DNA of 64,000 bases, from positions 1,674,001-1,738,000 of the forward strand of contig JBLDXI010000020.1 in the NCBI GenBank assembly GCA_047495785.1. Reading direction: 5' to 3'. A model generated the notes under the pieces. The model ran no database searches. It worked only from the letters and a program-made list of their open reading frames with translations, and was not told the origin of the DNA. The position numbers and the translations under genes are program-made. This document shows positions 1-13,434 of this stretch, one piece after another. Positions within the stretch are counted from its first letter, which is position 1. Each line of letters opens with the position of its first letter. The stretch is from Lepidodermella squamata (Eukaryota > Animalia > Gastrotricha).

Positions 1-93
1 GCGAAACGATGAATGAAATTTCATGATAAGCGCAAGTGATAGCAATAAAAAAATCTGAATTTTCGGAAAAATTCGAGTCGAGTTTTCGCAGGA

Positions 94-2255
94 CTAGTTG
101 TTTCCGATCGTGGCCGTGTTAGTCATCGTTGCCGTGCCGCCGTTGCTGTTGTACGTGATGTTGCTGCTCGGGTAGCGAGAGACGACTTTTTGCACCCACT
201 CGCCAAAGTTGATGTGCGAACGATCGGCAGTAACGAACGGGTGCTGCATCAGTTTTTGCAGGGTACCCCGCTCTTCTGGCTGCTTCCTCAAACTGAAAAA
301 TAAAATGAAGAAGATATAATTCGTATTTCATGAAATAAACAAAGGATTCGGCGAAATTTTTGGCACGGCAAGATTCGGTGCCGTTTTTAAAATCAATGAA
401 CTTGAAAATAGTCTGATTGCCATCAGGTTGTGGAGAATTTTATATCGGAAATTGACCATTGAAGAACATTTGTCTCAACATTTTCAATTTATTCAACTAT
501 TCACATCTTATTTCTAGTTTTATACACACAGTCGATTTTCATTTCACTGTATTCAGAGGTTAGGAATCTTGCTAATTACCGAAAAACATGAAATTATTTT
601 TGCCACGTCAACCTGATACGGTGTAACTTTTCGGTGAGACCGTCATTCAAGGAGGACGGGGCATTCTAGAGGTCTAAAACTTCAGAAATCTACCAGAAAA
701 ACTGGATCAGGCCATGATGAAAGATTACAATCGTTTTTTCAGGCCAATGCATTTTTAGCGATTTGTTGGTAAATTTGGGAAAATCGCGCAATTTGTCAAA
801 AGGGTATATATTTCCCAAGGTGAAAAAATTCTGCAAAAGAAACTGAACTTTCCATTGCGTTCCTCGAGATAGCTATTTTACGTAAGCTGAACGCGTGAAC
901 AGTGAAAATTGCAATTTTATCAAATATTCTAGACGCCTCGAATTCACGGTAAAAAAAAGAGCAATGACTCAGTATCATTCGACTTCTCCTATAAAAAGTC
1001 TCTAAATTGTGATCTCTCGAATCGTTGAATTCATAACGCCGAAAACTCTGTGAGCATTGTTCGACCTGATCGCTGAATTTCCGTCAAAACTTGATATGGG
1101 ATAGTTTCGCGTTTTGAAGCTAACTTACCAGCTATGAACAAAATCACGGCATTCGGCGCTGAAACCTCGTTCTGGCAGACGAGGCGGCTCCTCATTGACG
1201 ATAGTCTCCAGGAGGTCGAAAATCGATAGAGCTGGCTCGTTGACACTCCAGCAAACTGGCAGCGGCTTGCCTGTTCGAACTGCCTCGTCATTCTGAGCTC
1301 CAATGTCTCCCTCGAAAGTGCGTTCAGTGTCCTTCGAATCAGGAGCTGGAATGGGATAGCGGCCGAGGCCAAGTTCGGCAAGAGAAAGGCCCATCGACCA
1401 GATGTCAGATTGCACGGAATATTCACGTCCGAGAAGACGCTCAGGAGCCATGTAAGATCTAAACAGAAACAAATAATTGTTGTCCAAGTAAATTTTAATC
1501 AATTTACCTAGTGCCGACGAAGCTATTAGCCATGGAATCGATCAGTTGGCCAGAAACACCGAAGTCGCACATTTTAATTTCACCTCTGGTGTTAACGAGA
1601 ATGTTCGAAGGTTTGACGTCGCGATGCACGATGCGGTGAGCCTCGCGAAGATAGTGTAGAGCTCTCAGAACGGCGACGCTGATGATAGACAGTAGCGGCT
1701 CTGCAATTCTGCTGCATCGCTTCAGCAACAAATCCAATGATCCGCCGTCCATGTACTCCATGCATATACTAATATCTGCGTCATCATGGAAACAACCGTA
1801 ATAGCCAACGATATATGGCGAAATGCAGTCGTTTAGAATTTTCAACTCGCGCATTATTTGGTTTTTGATAGCTGGCTTAATTTCCAAATGGATGACTTTC
1901 CTCGCCATCACAATTGAAGTTGGCTTGTGGACTACTTTGTATACTACGCCACCGTTGCCGACACCTAGTTCACCAAGTCTTTCGAAGTCATCCGCATGCA
2001 GTTCACCGACGGATTTCTTAGCCTCAAAAAACTCAGCTAGAGCTTGCTTCTGGCCATCGTCGATTTCTGTTTCTTTGGCTTCTTTCTTCTGCACATCAAT
2101 CGTTGGCTTGCTCCTAAAGATCAAGGCAAAATTAGGAGCTTCTTAATTTTAATTTCAAGAACTTGCGCAGTCGTTTCTTCGGGAGGAATAACAGCCGCAG
2201 CAGCATCGGCGGGAATGGCCAATTCTAGACCTTTGATGTTCTTTCTCTTGCTCAT
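94..2255 (-). CDS. MAP2K1: Dual-specificity MAP kinase kinase MEK1/2; exons 2255-2167, 2113-1508, 1458-1129, 292-94
   Basis: Kinase motifs [19 protein letters not shown] and [27 protein letters not shown]; basic N-terminal D-site [12 protein letters not shown]; splice phases consistent (intron 1 appears to be GC-AG). Confidence 0.95.
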
Positions 2256-2702
2256 TTTTTTGTCTTAAAGTATCTACGAGAAAGGGGCAAAAAAAACATT
2301 CAATAACATTATTCCAAGATACTTTCACCCGAAATAGAGTGTCATTCCTCGGACTCTTAGATATCTCGAGAAAGCAGATTGGAGAGTGGCTAGTTTTTGG
2401 GACATTTCTGGGGAGACGAACGGATTATTCATGTATAACTGAGAAACTAGCACACAATCAAATACCAAAGAGTTTGGTAGATTTACAACTTTTAATTACG
2501 AGAATTTATACATGACGTCAGAAATCTTACCTAAAGGCACCAATACTTGCGGCACATAGTATTGGAGCATAGCTCGGATAACATATATCAGTTTCTTCAG
2601 CAAGTTTTCTACACGGCTGCTAAGTAGGATACTAGATACTACGTGACACTTGATTTATGTAGCTTTAATGATTGGCGTGAAAATCAAACCTATGTTTGTT
2701 CC

Positions 2703-2765
2703 GATGATGATGATGATGATGATTACGGCTTTACACCCTTTGCGAGGGTTTCGCCGCCTTCAACG
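2703..2765 (-). mobile_element. Possible 3' remnant of an RTE-like non-LTR retrotransposon with (ATC)n tail
   Basis: Minus strand reads TTGAAGGCGGCGAAACCCTCGCAAAGGGTGTAAAGCCGTA followed by an (ATC)n tract, resembling RTE-clade 3' ends that finish in a short tandem repeat. Confidence 0.3.
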
Positions 2766-4803
2766 CGGAGGCAAAAATTCGGGCAGTTAGCTGTCGGGAT
2801 ATAGTAGCAAAGATATTACCCGCTTTGTCCTCCCGATTATTCTAGATCTCAAGCATATCATCGCAACCAGAAGCAGATGTCAACTCTTAACAGCTAGAAT
2901 TTAATCGGTAAGGTCGCCAAGCTTTCAGCTCTGGGCACTGCTACATGAGGTTCTGAAATTCCAGTTTCGCACGTGAATTTAGCGAGTCATGCGCTAGCAA
3001 GCCAAATTTTGGCTCCTCGATCTAACGCCCTAACGCTAACCCTGACCATAATCCATCAGAATGCCACCAAATGAAAGTAGTCCAATCAATCAAGTAGTCA
3101 AATAAATAGCCCACTTTTTCAGTAATGTTAGTTTCGCATTGAAAGCAGCTAGTACGATGAAAGTTGCAACACTCTCGAGCCTAGAGCTCTCGAGATTCTA
3201 TGTTTGTTGAATTTGAATCTGATAGGTAACAATCAACCAGTCAAAACAATGGTAAATCCAACATGGGCACCAGGCAAGTGAGAAGGGTATGACTCATTCG
3301 ACCAAAAGAGCTAAGCGGGACCGATGATTCAAGGCCTTACTCTCAGGAGCGTCTCGCCGTCGCGCTCAATGTGTGCTGTGCCTGCTGGAGGCAGCTAGGC
3401 GGGGTTGGCAAAACGATCGCGGGTCGGGGACAAAAATTGCTGCCCCGTTTTTGCCCATTGCCCGCGCAAACTAATAGAAATTGTTGACCAATATTAATGC
3501 TAATATTGTTTTGTGTCTTCTCGTCTGTTAACTGGTCTTTTTAATACAATTTAAAATAACGTGATTTGGCGGGAAACTTTTAAAATCAGCTGACATCGTC
3601 CAAAATCGTTTTTTCCTGTTAGTGTCCCAACGTCTTATTGCAAGAAGTGCCGAAGAAGTTGGAGGTGTCTGAAATCGTCCCTGCTAAAACAACAGAGCTT
3701 GATTGTTGTTAACCTGCTCATACTACAGGCGCTGCGGGCAGGGAACGCCTTTATCTGCTGTTAACCTCCAAGCGATCACTTATTCCACTATCCCCTTCTC
3801 AGGTTAATCTTCGACACTGATTACCAGGTGAAGCTGTTAGATTTCCTCCACTCATTGGCATCGAATTGATGAATAATTGAGTTTGATGTAAAATAACTTG
3901 CCATATTGTGGTGCATTTAAAACCTGAGCTGTTCTATGCCGCTATCTTACATGCAATCAGCAATATATTTTTAATCGTTTTCGTTGCCAATACAAACTTC
4001 GATATCGGATTGTGGTATGCATTGACTACAGAAGCATGTTCGAATCGTTGTTTTCGACGAGACAAGAGACGAATGAATAACCACTAATATGAGCCTACAA
4101 GCCAACTGGTCACTGTGGTGAAGTATTCTTTCGAAGTATCGCTATCTCTTAAAAGGTGAAGCCGTGAAGACGAGACCTTGGTGGCTGCTCTCATTTATAG
4201 TGAGACTTGCAATTTAGGATTGACGCAGAATTTTTACGCGCATCCTAAATGCATTTACAGCTATTACTGAGTTATTTACATATAAATTACATATTTGCCT
4301 ATAATGCTGATAGTAAATTATTATGATCCTCAGTCGCAAATCGCAAAGTATAAATAAGTATTCACGGTTTCCATTCAGATTTCAGATCCTGCACGATGTA
4401 TCAGATTTTTGAGTAAAGGTGAGAAGGCTTGATTTTAAACCTTACATTTTCTTTTTCGGGGGTGCTTTCTATGTTCTATGGTATACAAACATTGGGGATC
4501 AAATCGATGTAGTAATTGATTATATACGCTTGCATTTTCGCGAGTTTGCTACTGTTTGTGTAAAGAATTATTTTCTTAATATGCATATGACTTTTACCAT
4601 CGATGAAAACCGATGAAAAACGTGACTTCATTGATTTTTCTAAAACGCGTCATTAACGATAGCGCCCCATAATATGTTAGATATTTAATATTTACTTACA
4701 TGTCTCGATTTGTGCGCACTTCGAGCTAAAGTGGCGCCTTTCTATTTCAGACATAACTCTTAGTTATTTATGCATTATTTTAAATTAATCGAATGGTTGG
4801 ATA

Positions 4804-7800
4804 ATGCAAATGTCTGAACCTTCATTATCTGACTCTGAGGATGCCGTAAATCAACTTCTGGATTTTGCAAGAAACGGCAATAAAGTTGGCACTGATAATA
4901 TACTCAACTATCGCAATGTCGACATCAATTCAAAGGGAGTACGCAAGAAAAACTACGGATGGACAGCTTTACACCTATCGTCCTATTTTGGGCATGAAGA
5001 CGTGGTTAGTACGTTGCTGGAGCATGGCGCAGATGTAAATGCAATAAATTCCACTGGCGACTCGGCCCTACACAAAGCTGCTTTCTCCAGACGAACTGTG
5101 AGCAGAGAAGCATTTCACTTCGTCAATATTTTTAGTAATTTCATGTTGGTTTGATAGAATGTCGTTCATCAATTAATTAAAGCTGGAGCGGACGTCAATG
5201 TGGTAAACTCTGAGGGATTCACAGCACGGCAGCTCACCGATTCAGCAGAAATTATACAGGCTCTTGATGGTACTTGGTTACAATTAAGGAAATTATTTAT
5301 AATTCGGTTTTCATAGCGGCCTCAAAATCAGACTTAATGAAGCTGGAGCGGAAATTGCTGGATGCTGCCCGAGAGGGAAATATCGAAGACATAATACACT
5401 TGGTGAGCCGTACTTTAAGAAGTCGATTTTTAGCCGCTTTTGCATTTTACATTCTCGGCGATTTTATCACTTGCGCCGCAAAACTGTGTGAATTGATGAC
5501 TCGGTATGCAAATAGCCGGCGCGCCTTGATAAAACTTAGATAGAGATGTTTTCAACCTCATACTGTTATCTGTCCGCTGAATTTTGCTGATATAATTCCA
5601 TTTGCTTAAATGTCGTCCATGTGTTAGGTCCAAAGTCCCGCTCTATCAAGTTCCTCTAATGGCAGCACCACTGTATCTTATCTCAAAAGTGGAACGACTT
5701 GCCCTAGCATAAACTGTGCAGACGCTCTTGGAAATCGACCTCTTCACTACGCCACATTGGCTGGAAATAGGGAAACGGTCATTTTGCTATTGCAACTTGG
5801 CGCAGATCCTCAGCTAACAAATCAACGCGGTATTTCATTTGCTTTATTTACCCCGAGTATACATACAATATACAATCACACCTTTTCGCACCGAGATTTT
5901 GTATCGGGAGCTGAAAATGATTTGATGCTGCTTATTTTTTAGGCTTACGAGCTGTTGACCTTGCTAGGGACGGGCTTTTGAAAGAAATGCTAGAAGTCAG
6001 GAGTCTGAGAGAAATGTCGAAATCTGCCAAAAGAGCCGAAGGACCTCTCTACCGGGTAATCGATAGCCTTATATTTAAATGTTAATCCCTTGAAATCTTT
6101 CATTTCTATTTTAGAAAAGCCGGATTCGAGCTGCTCGTGAACAATGGGTTGTACTCGAAAATGGGACCTTGTCACTACACGTGAATAAGTTTGTGCGGCG
6201 CTTTTCAAGTTGATTTATGCTATATAAATACTTCGTCTCTAGGGAAGCTGAGCGGAGTAAAAAGCATCAAAAAGGCGGTCGCTTCCTCGCTGGCTCAAAA
6301 ATCGAAGGCGAATCTGGCAAAGATGCATTCACCTTACGGTTCAGCAACAAGTCGAAATTGATGTTCTCAGTGCCAAAGGGTGAAAACGCAGTATTTGAGA
6401 GACAGGTGCGATCGATTTAGGCTCAATAAGCGCATCCCAGTTTAATTCGTTATTTGTTCTATTCAGAAATGGATAAATTCGTTTAGAGATCACATCGATC
6501 ACGCTAATAAGCTGCTCGATTCCGAGCTGAGGCACGCGAATGATGACGAGTATGAAGCTGAAGTAGCCACCCTTGGATCGCTACAAAGCAGCATCGAGGT
6601 AAAAATATTGCGCCAGAATAAAGCTAGCCTAGTGCTTTTGCGAATGAAATATATAACGCATTTTGTACTAAACAGCGCTTCAAAATTAACCGCTGAATAC
6701 CAATTATTTACGCTCATTGAGCAGATTTTTTATTACGCGCAGAAGGCATAAAATCATAATGTCTGGTGAATGGTCTGTGGGTTGTTATAACTGGGTCTAT
6801 CTCGCGCGGTGAAGAGGTGGTAGGCGCTTTTGCGTATCTGGGTCGATACTGGTCAAATATGAAGGCCACAAAATTAGCACATCTATCATCGTAGAATTTC
6901 TATTACGCGAAGAAAAAAAGCAAATGAACGCTCTGAAAGCGTATACCTATACATACCTGTCGGTTGATAAATATATATTTACTGCGCCTGGTATACCCTT
7001 TAGATACGGTATATGTCTGCTTTTTGTAGAAAACACGCATGCTCGTGCATACCGATTGTATTACTACTACTACTACTACCCCACACAGCATATGCTTTTT
7101 TACACACGAGCACTGCCACCATACGTGTATAAGGTCTTTGACATTTGCCTGCGTTGCGATGCGCTCAGCTGGCAAATTTAATAATATAACAGTATTATGA
7201 ATACTATTATTATATTTGTCCTTAACGTCATCGTCCATGTTCTGAGCATGTAATACATATATAAGCGACAGTTTATTCTAAACTACCTCTCGCCTGTTTT
7301 TATTATTTTTGGGGCTTGGTTCTCGCCAAATTTCTTCAGCCACCTAATCCTTCGTCATACCTTGAGGCAATTAAATTTGTAAAATTTACGGTACAAAATG
7401 CGTTATTTATTCCTATCATTTTTGCTTGCGCGCCCTCGAGATTTGAGTTATTGACTGATTCTTGTTGTTTGCTATTTCTCCACGTGATTTAGAACATCCG
7501 CGCGTACGATCAATTGCTCCGCAGGCAGTTAGACGACATTAACAAGGTTCAGTCGCAGTTACGTCAAGAGCAGCGCGCTATTTCGGGTATTCCTTCTAAG
7601 TTACAGGGTTTGCTTCTTCCATTTTCAGGGTCGCTTTTTCCTACCCCGTAATTTTTTCCTCCCCAGAGCTTGTTCATGATTTGGACGGAAAAGTCTCTCA
7701 GTTGGTCGGTCTTTCCAATCAGATGTGCTCTGATCTCTCCAGTTGCGTGAATGTCATGTCCCAAAGAGAAGAGGTTTTAACTTCATGTTCTTTCTTGTTT

Positions 7801-10800
7801 TCATCTGCGACATTGTTATGATTATCGCTAGCTTTACCGTAAAGAAATCGACGAAGAAAAACGTCGAAATAAAATATTGGAAGAGTCTTTACAAGCTGTA
7901 GCCAAAGAGGCCAAACACTTGGAGAATTCTCTGCAGACATTTCGCAGCAACTCATTCCACGTTCCGGGAAGTGCTGACCAAATAGCCAGAAGCATGTCAG
8001 CACTAGCGAAAAACGAAGGAGACTCCGAGGAATCAGGAGACGAGACAGCATTTTTTGACTGTCCATCGCCGGAAGTCCAACGTATGTTTTTTCTTGATAT
8101 TTTTATTTGAATTCTTCAGTGCGATTATCTTATAGCGGGAAGTCCGAAAACGCCGGATTCTCTCCATCTCGAACGAGAGGAAGTTGATGTTACGGCTAAT
8201 GGATTAGTTTCGAAACTTCATGAAAGTCTTACGATTGAGAAAAAGAAGCAAGCGAGCAATCACAGGTAGGTATTTCCATTTTGTCTCTTCATCGGCAAAG
8301 GTTGTATTCCCTCATGCTGGCTCATGGTTCTGAAAACATCTGAGGGGCTTCACCTCTTATTAGCGCTATGTTGAATATTCGTTGATCGTAGCCAGCGTAG
8401 CCTATAGTGCGATTAAAAGTCACTCCTATTTATGGCTCCGGCCGAGTATAATTGATCTCGCTTGTTGTGATGCAAACATGGAGAGGGTTTAGAACAATAA
8501 CATAGATAAGCTTATTTTCTCAAACGCCACCAGCTGGCCTCGAGCTAAATGGCTGAATTACCGATTTGTTACTCTTCGCATTATATGCCTGCTGAAATGA
8601 ATCATCACAGCCTCGCGCGGTTGATGGACTTCATCACTACAGAATATCGCTCGTGAACCTTCAAGATACTTCATTTTTTCGCAAAGCTTACTTATATTAC
8701 CTCCTCACATCCCCTGGTAGTAGCCTTCGTAATACCTGAGCTATGTGTGGCATGCATGAGTCACTTGAAAACGGGAACTGGGTCAAAAAAAATGATCTTA
8801 TGTTTTCGCTGCGGCAAATAATGTTTTTTCAATTAGATATTTTATTTTTATGATTTTATTTTTATTTTGTTACTGAATAATATTTTTTCCCGTAAAATAA
8901 TGTAAATTAATTTTGATCTTCCCGCGACCGAAATTTTTGAATTTCGCGAAAGTTTTCGCTCGGTGCTTTGTCGTGTCGTCAGTGAACACGTTACTAAGTG
9001 AAGCATCCTGTAAGAAAAATGTTCTTCTTTATCCATGTAGCCTAACATTTATCGGCTGTCAAGCACTCGTTACATTTCATTGTCTTCGCCTGGCAGTACA
9101 GCAACTTCTTTCGCTCTCCTTCCATCCTTCCGGTGGCTTCATGTACAGCTTGCTCTTCAATTGTCTTTTAGGAAGTCCTCTTACTCATACCTGGCAAACA
9201 TAACTGTTCTTGATGATAGGTTACCATCACGTTGGTGTTGCGATTAGGATATGTGGTGCGACACGGGATTGAGAATATCTAGGATAGCTTATAGTTGAGG
9301 AGTTAGATTCTATAATCTGGCTATCCTTCCACCTTTGATTCCTACGAATCCCGATTTTTTCAAGTTTGATTGATGGTCATTCAACCTTTATCGCTATTGG
9401 GTGTTTAATAGATAAGTTGCTTGTTCCTACTCGAAGGATTCGATGCTAGATGCTACTCTGTAGGACATCAAGTTCGTTCTCCATCCTGGCCGGCTTATGC
9501 ATCTGATCTTGCTAAACAGTACTTATCTGTTTTGCATAATAGAGTTGAGATTCATACTTGTTGAGATTTTATTTGTTAATTGTTCTCGGTCATCATGAGC
9601 GAGCATGAGGGCGAGAAAACTGATAGCCCTAACGAAGTGAGAGAACCTATAGGAAGGTTGATTTGGCTTTATTGAATGTTTATTCATCATTCAAATACTT
9701 CTCTGTCTTTCAGGAAAGTGCTTCCAGTCACCATGTACTCCCGTAAAGTCAGCGTATGGACTATTCTGAAACATTGCATCGGAAAAGTAAGTTTTCTAGA
9801 TGTCAACTACAACCTATCATCATGGCTCTTGAAATCTAGGATTTGTCACGGATCACCATGCCCATAGTCTTGAATGAACCGCTCACTTTCTTGCAAAAGC
9901 AAGCTGAGTACTTCGAGTATTCCGATTTGTTGAGCAAAGCTTGTAACCTCGACAATCCGGTGGATCGTATGGAAGTATGTCTTGAAAACAAAGGAGTTCT
10001 CTTTAATATCATCTTTGTCGTCTATTAGCATGTCGCCGCTTTCGTTATATCTTCTATTTCTTCCACCGTGGACCGTATTGCAAAGCCTTTCAACCCTCTA
10101 TTAGGCGAGACTTTTGAGTTGACCAAGTGAGTTAGATCTTTTAGAATTCTGTCATCAGGAATGCGCTTGTCATCTTAGGCCTGAATATGGTTTCCGAATT
10201 TGCTGTGAACAAGTCAGTCATCACCCTCCAGTGAGCGCTTTTTACGCGGAATCGCTTGATCGACCCGATGGTTTCAGAGTAACCGGCTCAATGTGCCCGA
10301 GAATTCGATTTTGGGGCAAAAACGTAGAAATTCTACCGAAAAGTAAGCATGAGCTGCTCTACTATCTACACACGAGCTAGCATTTGCGTGATAACGCGCC
10401 GTTAAATATTCAATTTGACATGTAAAAAATTACGGTGGCCCCACTTTTTGCCCTGACGCAGACAAACACTATCTTAATGTGTTTTTGCTCACGTGTTTTA
10501 GACTCGACTCAACTCGAACTGGTGCCGTTTAAAGAGGTCTACACATGGGACTCGGTTAAGGTCGTCTGTCACAACATAATTATCGGTCGGATATGGCTCG
10601 AATACTCGGGCCGGTGTACGCTGGTGTGTCACACGAGCGGCCTACGCTGCCTCATCGACTTCAAACCCGCCGGCTGGTTCGGCGAGCTCCACCGGATAGA
10701 GGCTACTATCTTCAATGAGAAGAACGAAAAGGTACGGTCCATCTACGGTAAATGGACCGAAGCTGTCTACTCGGTACCTGTCGATGTTTGGGCCGCCTAC

Positions 10801-11322
10801 GAACGTGGGGCTAGTTCGGGTAAATCAAATGGGCGATCAAGCAGTGCCGTACCTACGACATCCGATTCAGAATTGGCGTCCGGTGGCAGTCTCGAGGACA
10901 TCGAGGGCTGTGCTCCGACCTCATCGCCGTGTGATTTGCATCTAGAAGGGCAAAAGCTGATTTGGCAAGCTGTTCCTATTCCGGAATATTGCAAGGAATA
11001 CTTCAATTTCTCTCTTTTCGCGATGCAATTGAACGAACCACCATCACCTGAGCTGAAAGCAGTTCTTCCTCGCACGGATGCACGTTTAAGGCCGGACTTA
11101 CGGCTGCTCGAAGACGGTGATATCGACCGCGCTGCAAGTGAAAAACATCGATTGGAGGAGAAGCAGCGTATGGTACGTAAGAAGATGCAAGAAAAGAAGC
11201 AAGAGTGGCAACCGCTGTGGTTCAGAGAGGAGAATAACCAATACACGAAGGCGAAAGAATGGGCTTACACCGGCAATTACTGGAAACGGGACTTTGCGAA
11301 CTGTCCCGATATCTACGAATAA
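4804..11322 (+). CDS. OSBPL1A: Oxysterol-binding protein-related protein 1, long form (ankyrin repeats, PH, FFAT-like motif, ORD); multi-exon
   Basis: Ankyrin repeats ([22 protein letters not shown]), PH-like exons near 6030-6500, FFAT-like DETAFFDC near 8040, ORD with [12 protein letters not shown] and intact EQVSHHPP (10207-10230), ending [14 protein letters not shown]. Confidence 0.93.
9595..9656 (+). CDS. Alternative first exon giving an ORD-only ORP1S-like isoform
   Basis: ATG-initiated 62-nt exon ([21 protein letters not shown]) with a phase-2 GT donor and 57-nt intron that splices in frame to the first ORD exon at 9714. Confidence 0.65.
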
Positions 11323-13254
11323 TGAAGTGTTTTATTTATTGTTTCTCCACACCTACACGCACAGACAGCTGTAACTTCTTAGCCGCCTCTATTTTGTGTT
11401 TTGAGATGATGAAAAAAGAATAATAATTGCGGACCTAAGCGCTTCATTCGGTTCCGTCTCCTCCAAATCTTCCACATCGTGCCGCGGATGATTGACGTAT
11501 TTTTTGCTCCGGAATCGACTGTTTTATGTCTCTCGGCCTGTCACAACTTGTTAGGCAGACATAGATTTAAATTCTTCTTCTTCTGATCAGAGTCGTTCGA
11601 CACTATTTTTTTCGTTTGTGTCTTTCATTACTGATGACTTCTACTTAAACATGGTAAAAAAGGAATTAACAGAACAGGGAAAAATTGATTTTGTTGCTAA
11701 CTCGCAGTTTTTTGTGCCTTTCGAGTCGCCGATACCTGTTCTCTTCTTCTCTCTGCTGATGATGATGTTATTCGAACAATAACCAGGGCTGTATAAGATT
11801 AAGACTCGCATTTTTACCGTGGTGCAGATCAAGTGAATAGATAATATACTTATATATCACGCGTTTTAAACAAATCAACATTTTTATACGGCAAATTCTA
11901 GAAAATTTATTCGTTCGTTACCCTCAATCTTCTATACCTATAATCATCTTATTTTTTCAGACAAGTCGAGCTTTTTTCTTGTTCAATAAAAAAAGCGGCA
12001 CTTGAGTATTTGCTTGTAGTTACAAATTAAACTAGCGTTCTCGCGCCTTCTTTCCTTTCATTATATTACTACTACTTTTATTACGTCAAACCACTACAGG
12101 GACAATAAGCTCGTTATAGGCTGAGATTTGAATTGAGGCATTTGTTATATGTCACGGCCATGAAGTGATCATGCGTGAATTTTTGTTGTTTATTCAATCT
12201 ACTCTTGAATTTCTACTTATATTCGTGAATCGCGTTTCCTCTCTTATGTCGTCATTTTCGCGCATCCCTACCATCACTACTTGTAATATTGTCGTTATTA
12301 TTGGATTTTAGCGCCTAGAGCAGCCTGCTGCGTCTGAAATTCAGGTTGCGTGAACACGCAATAACCCGATGATTTGCTAGCAAAAAGTACAAGGCACTCG
12401 TGTGAACCTGCCTCCTTAAAGTGGAACGGCTGCTCTTAATCCATATCTCTCTATCTCTTGGATTGTGTTTGTTATATATTATAAATAATATATCAGGTTA
12501 AAATTATTACTATTATTTAATTAATTAATATCACGTTTAAAAATGATAATGAAGATGAAAAATGATGGCGAAAATTTGACAGAAAATGCAATCGGGATTT
12601 TGAAGAAATAATAAATATGTATTATGATGAAGCTGCTGCTGCTCCTGTGTATTTCGTTCTGATTTTGTTATAATTCAATACCTAAATAGCGTGGGTCCCC
12701 TTGGGGCTCGCTGTCACGGCTTGACTAATGCGTATTTCCGATAGTTGTGTGCGTGCCGAGGGGCGATTATGTAGTCAGGCAGTGTGTAAGAATTTCCTGC
12801 CAACAAATCGTGTTCGAGAGCATTTCAGCTACGCAGCGCATTGAATCGGCGGTCGAAATTGGTTCAATTTTTTGCCGTACTAGAAAGGTATTTTTTGCTA
12901 GATCAATCAGGTGGAAAAGTCGCTGTGGCATTGAAATCGCTCCTGTGAGTCATAAACGCTCGGACAGTTTCAAGTTGAAAAATTGTGTGTAAATCATGAG
13001 ATTGATTTTTCTTCGAAAATTCGATTGATGATTCAGCAAAAATTCTGCCATTAAATTTCCCATAACTGGCAGGGTATATGCGGCTAAGAAGAATAAGTGC
13101 GCACAAATCTGAGTCTTGACATTTCTTCGCGGTGACAGCCCGTACGTCGAAATTTTTTCTCCACACGGCATGAGTACGCTCCACGATGGGCGCTGTAGTG
13201 ACTTTCAGGTGAAAAAATTTCAGACGAGATTACTAAGAGAATTAATGTTTATTG

Positions 13255-13383
13255 AGGTAGCGTGGGCGTAAGTTTTTGGCGTTGGCCAAAAAGCTTCGCA
13301 AAAGTACACGTCGCTGGTGAGTAATACCGTTGTAATAGGATGTAGTCCTCGGTAGGCGTATCATCCCACCATTGGTATTTAAA
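13255..13383 (+). promoter_or_regulatory. Duplicated promoter module of the ORD-only copies (also about 16693-16825 and 18763-18865)
   Basis: AGGTAGCG(T/C)GG, GGCGTxxxxTCCCA and a TATA-like box are conserved in the same order upstream of copies 1-3 while the spacers diverge. Confidence 0.55.
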
Positions 13384-13434
13384 CCAAGATTGAAGTTAAA
13401 TAGAATCGAAAAAATTTGTTAAAACTCAGGAATC

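Noticed and set aside
3020-3048. Telomere-like CCCTAA variants
   Set aside because: Too short and degenerate to call an interstitial telomeric repeat.
12711-13140. 8-bp inverted repeat GCTGTCAC / GTGACAGC bounding about 430 bp
   Set aside because: Too short and no TSD; could be chance.
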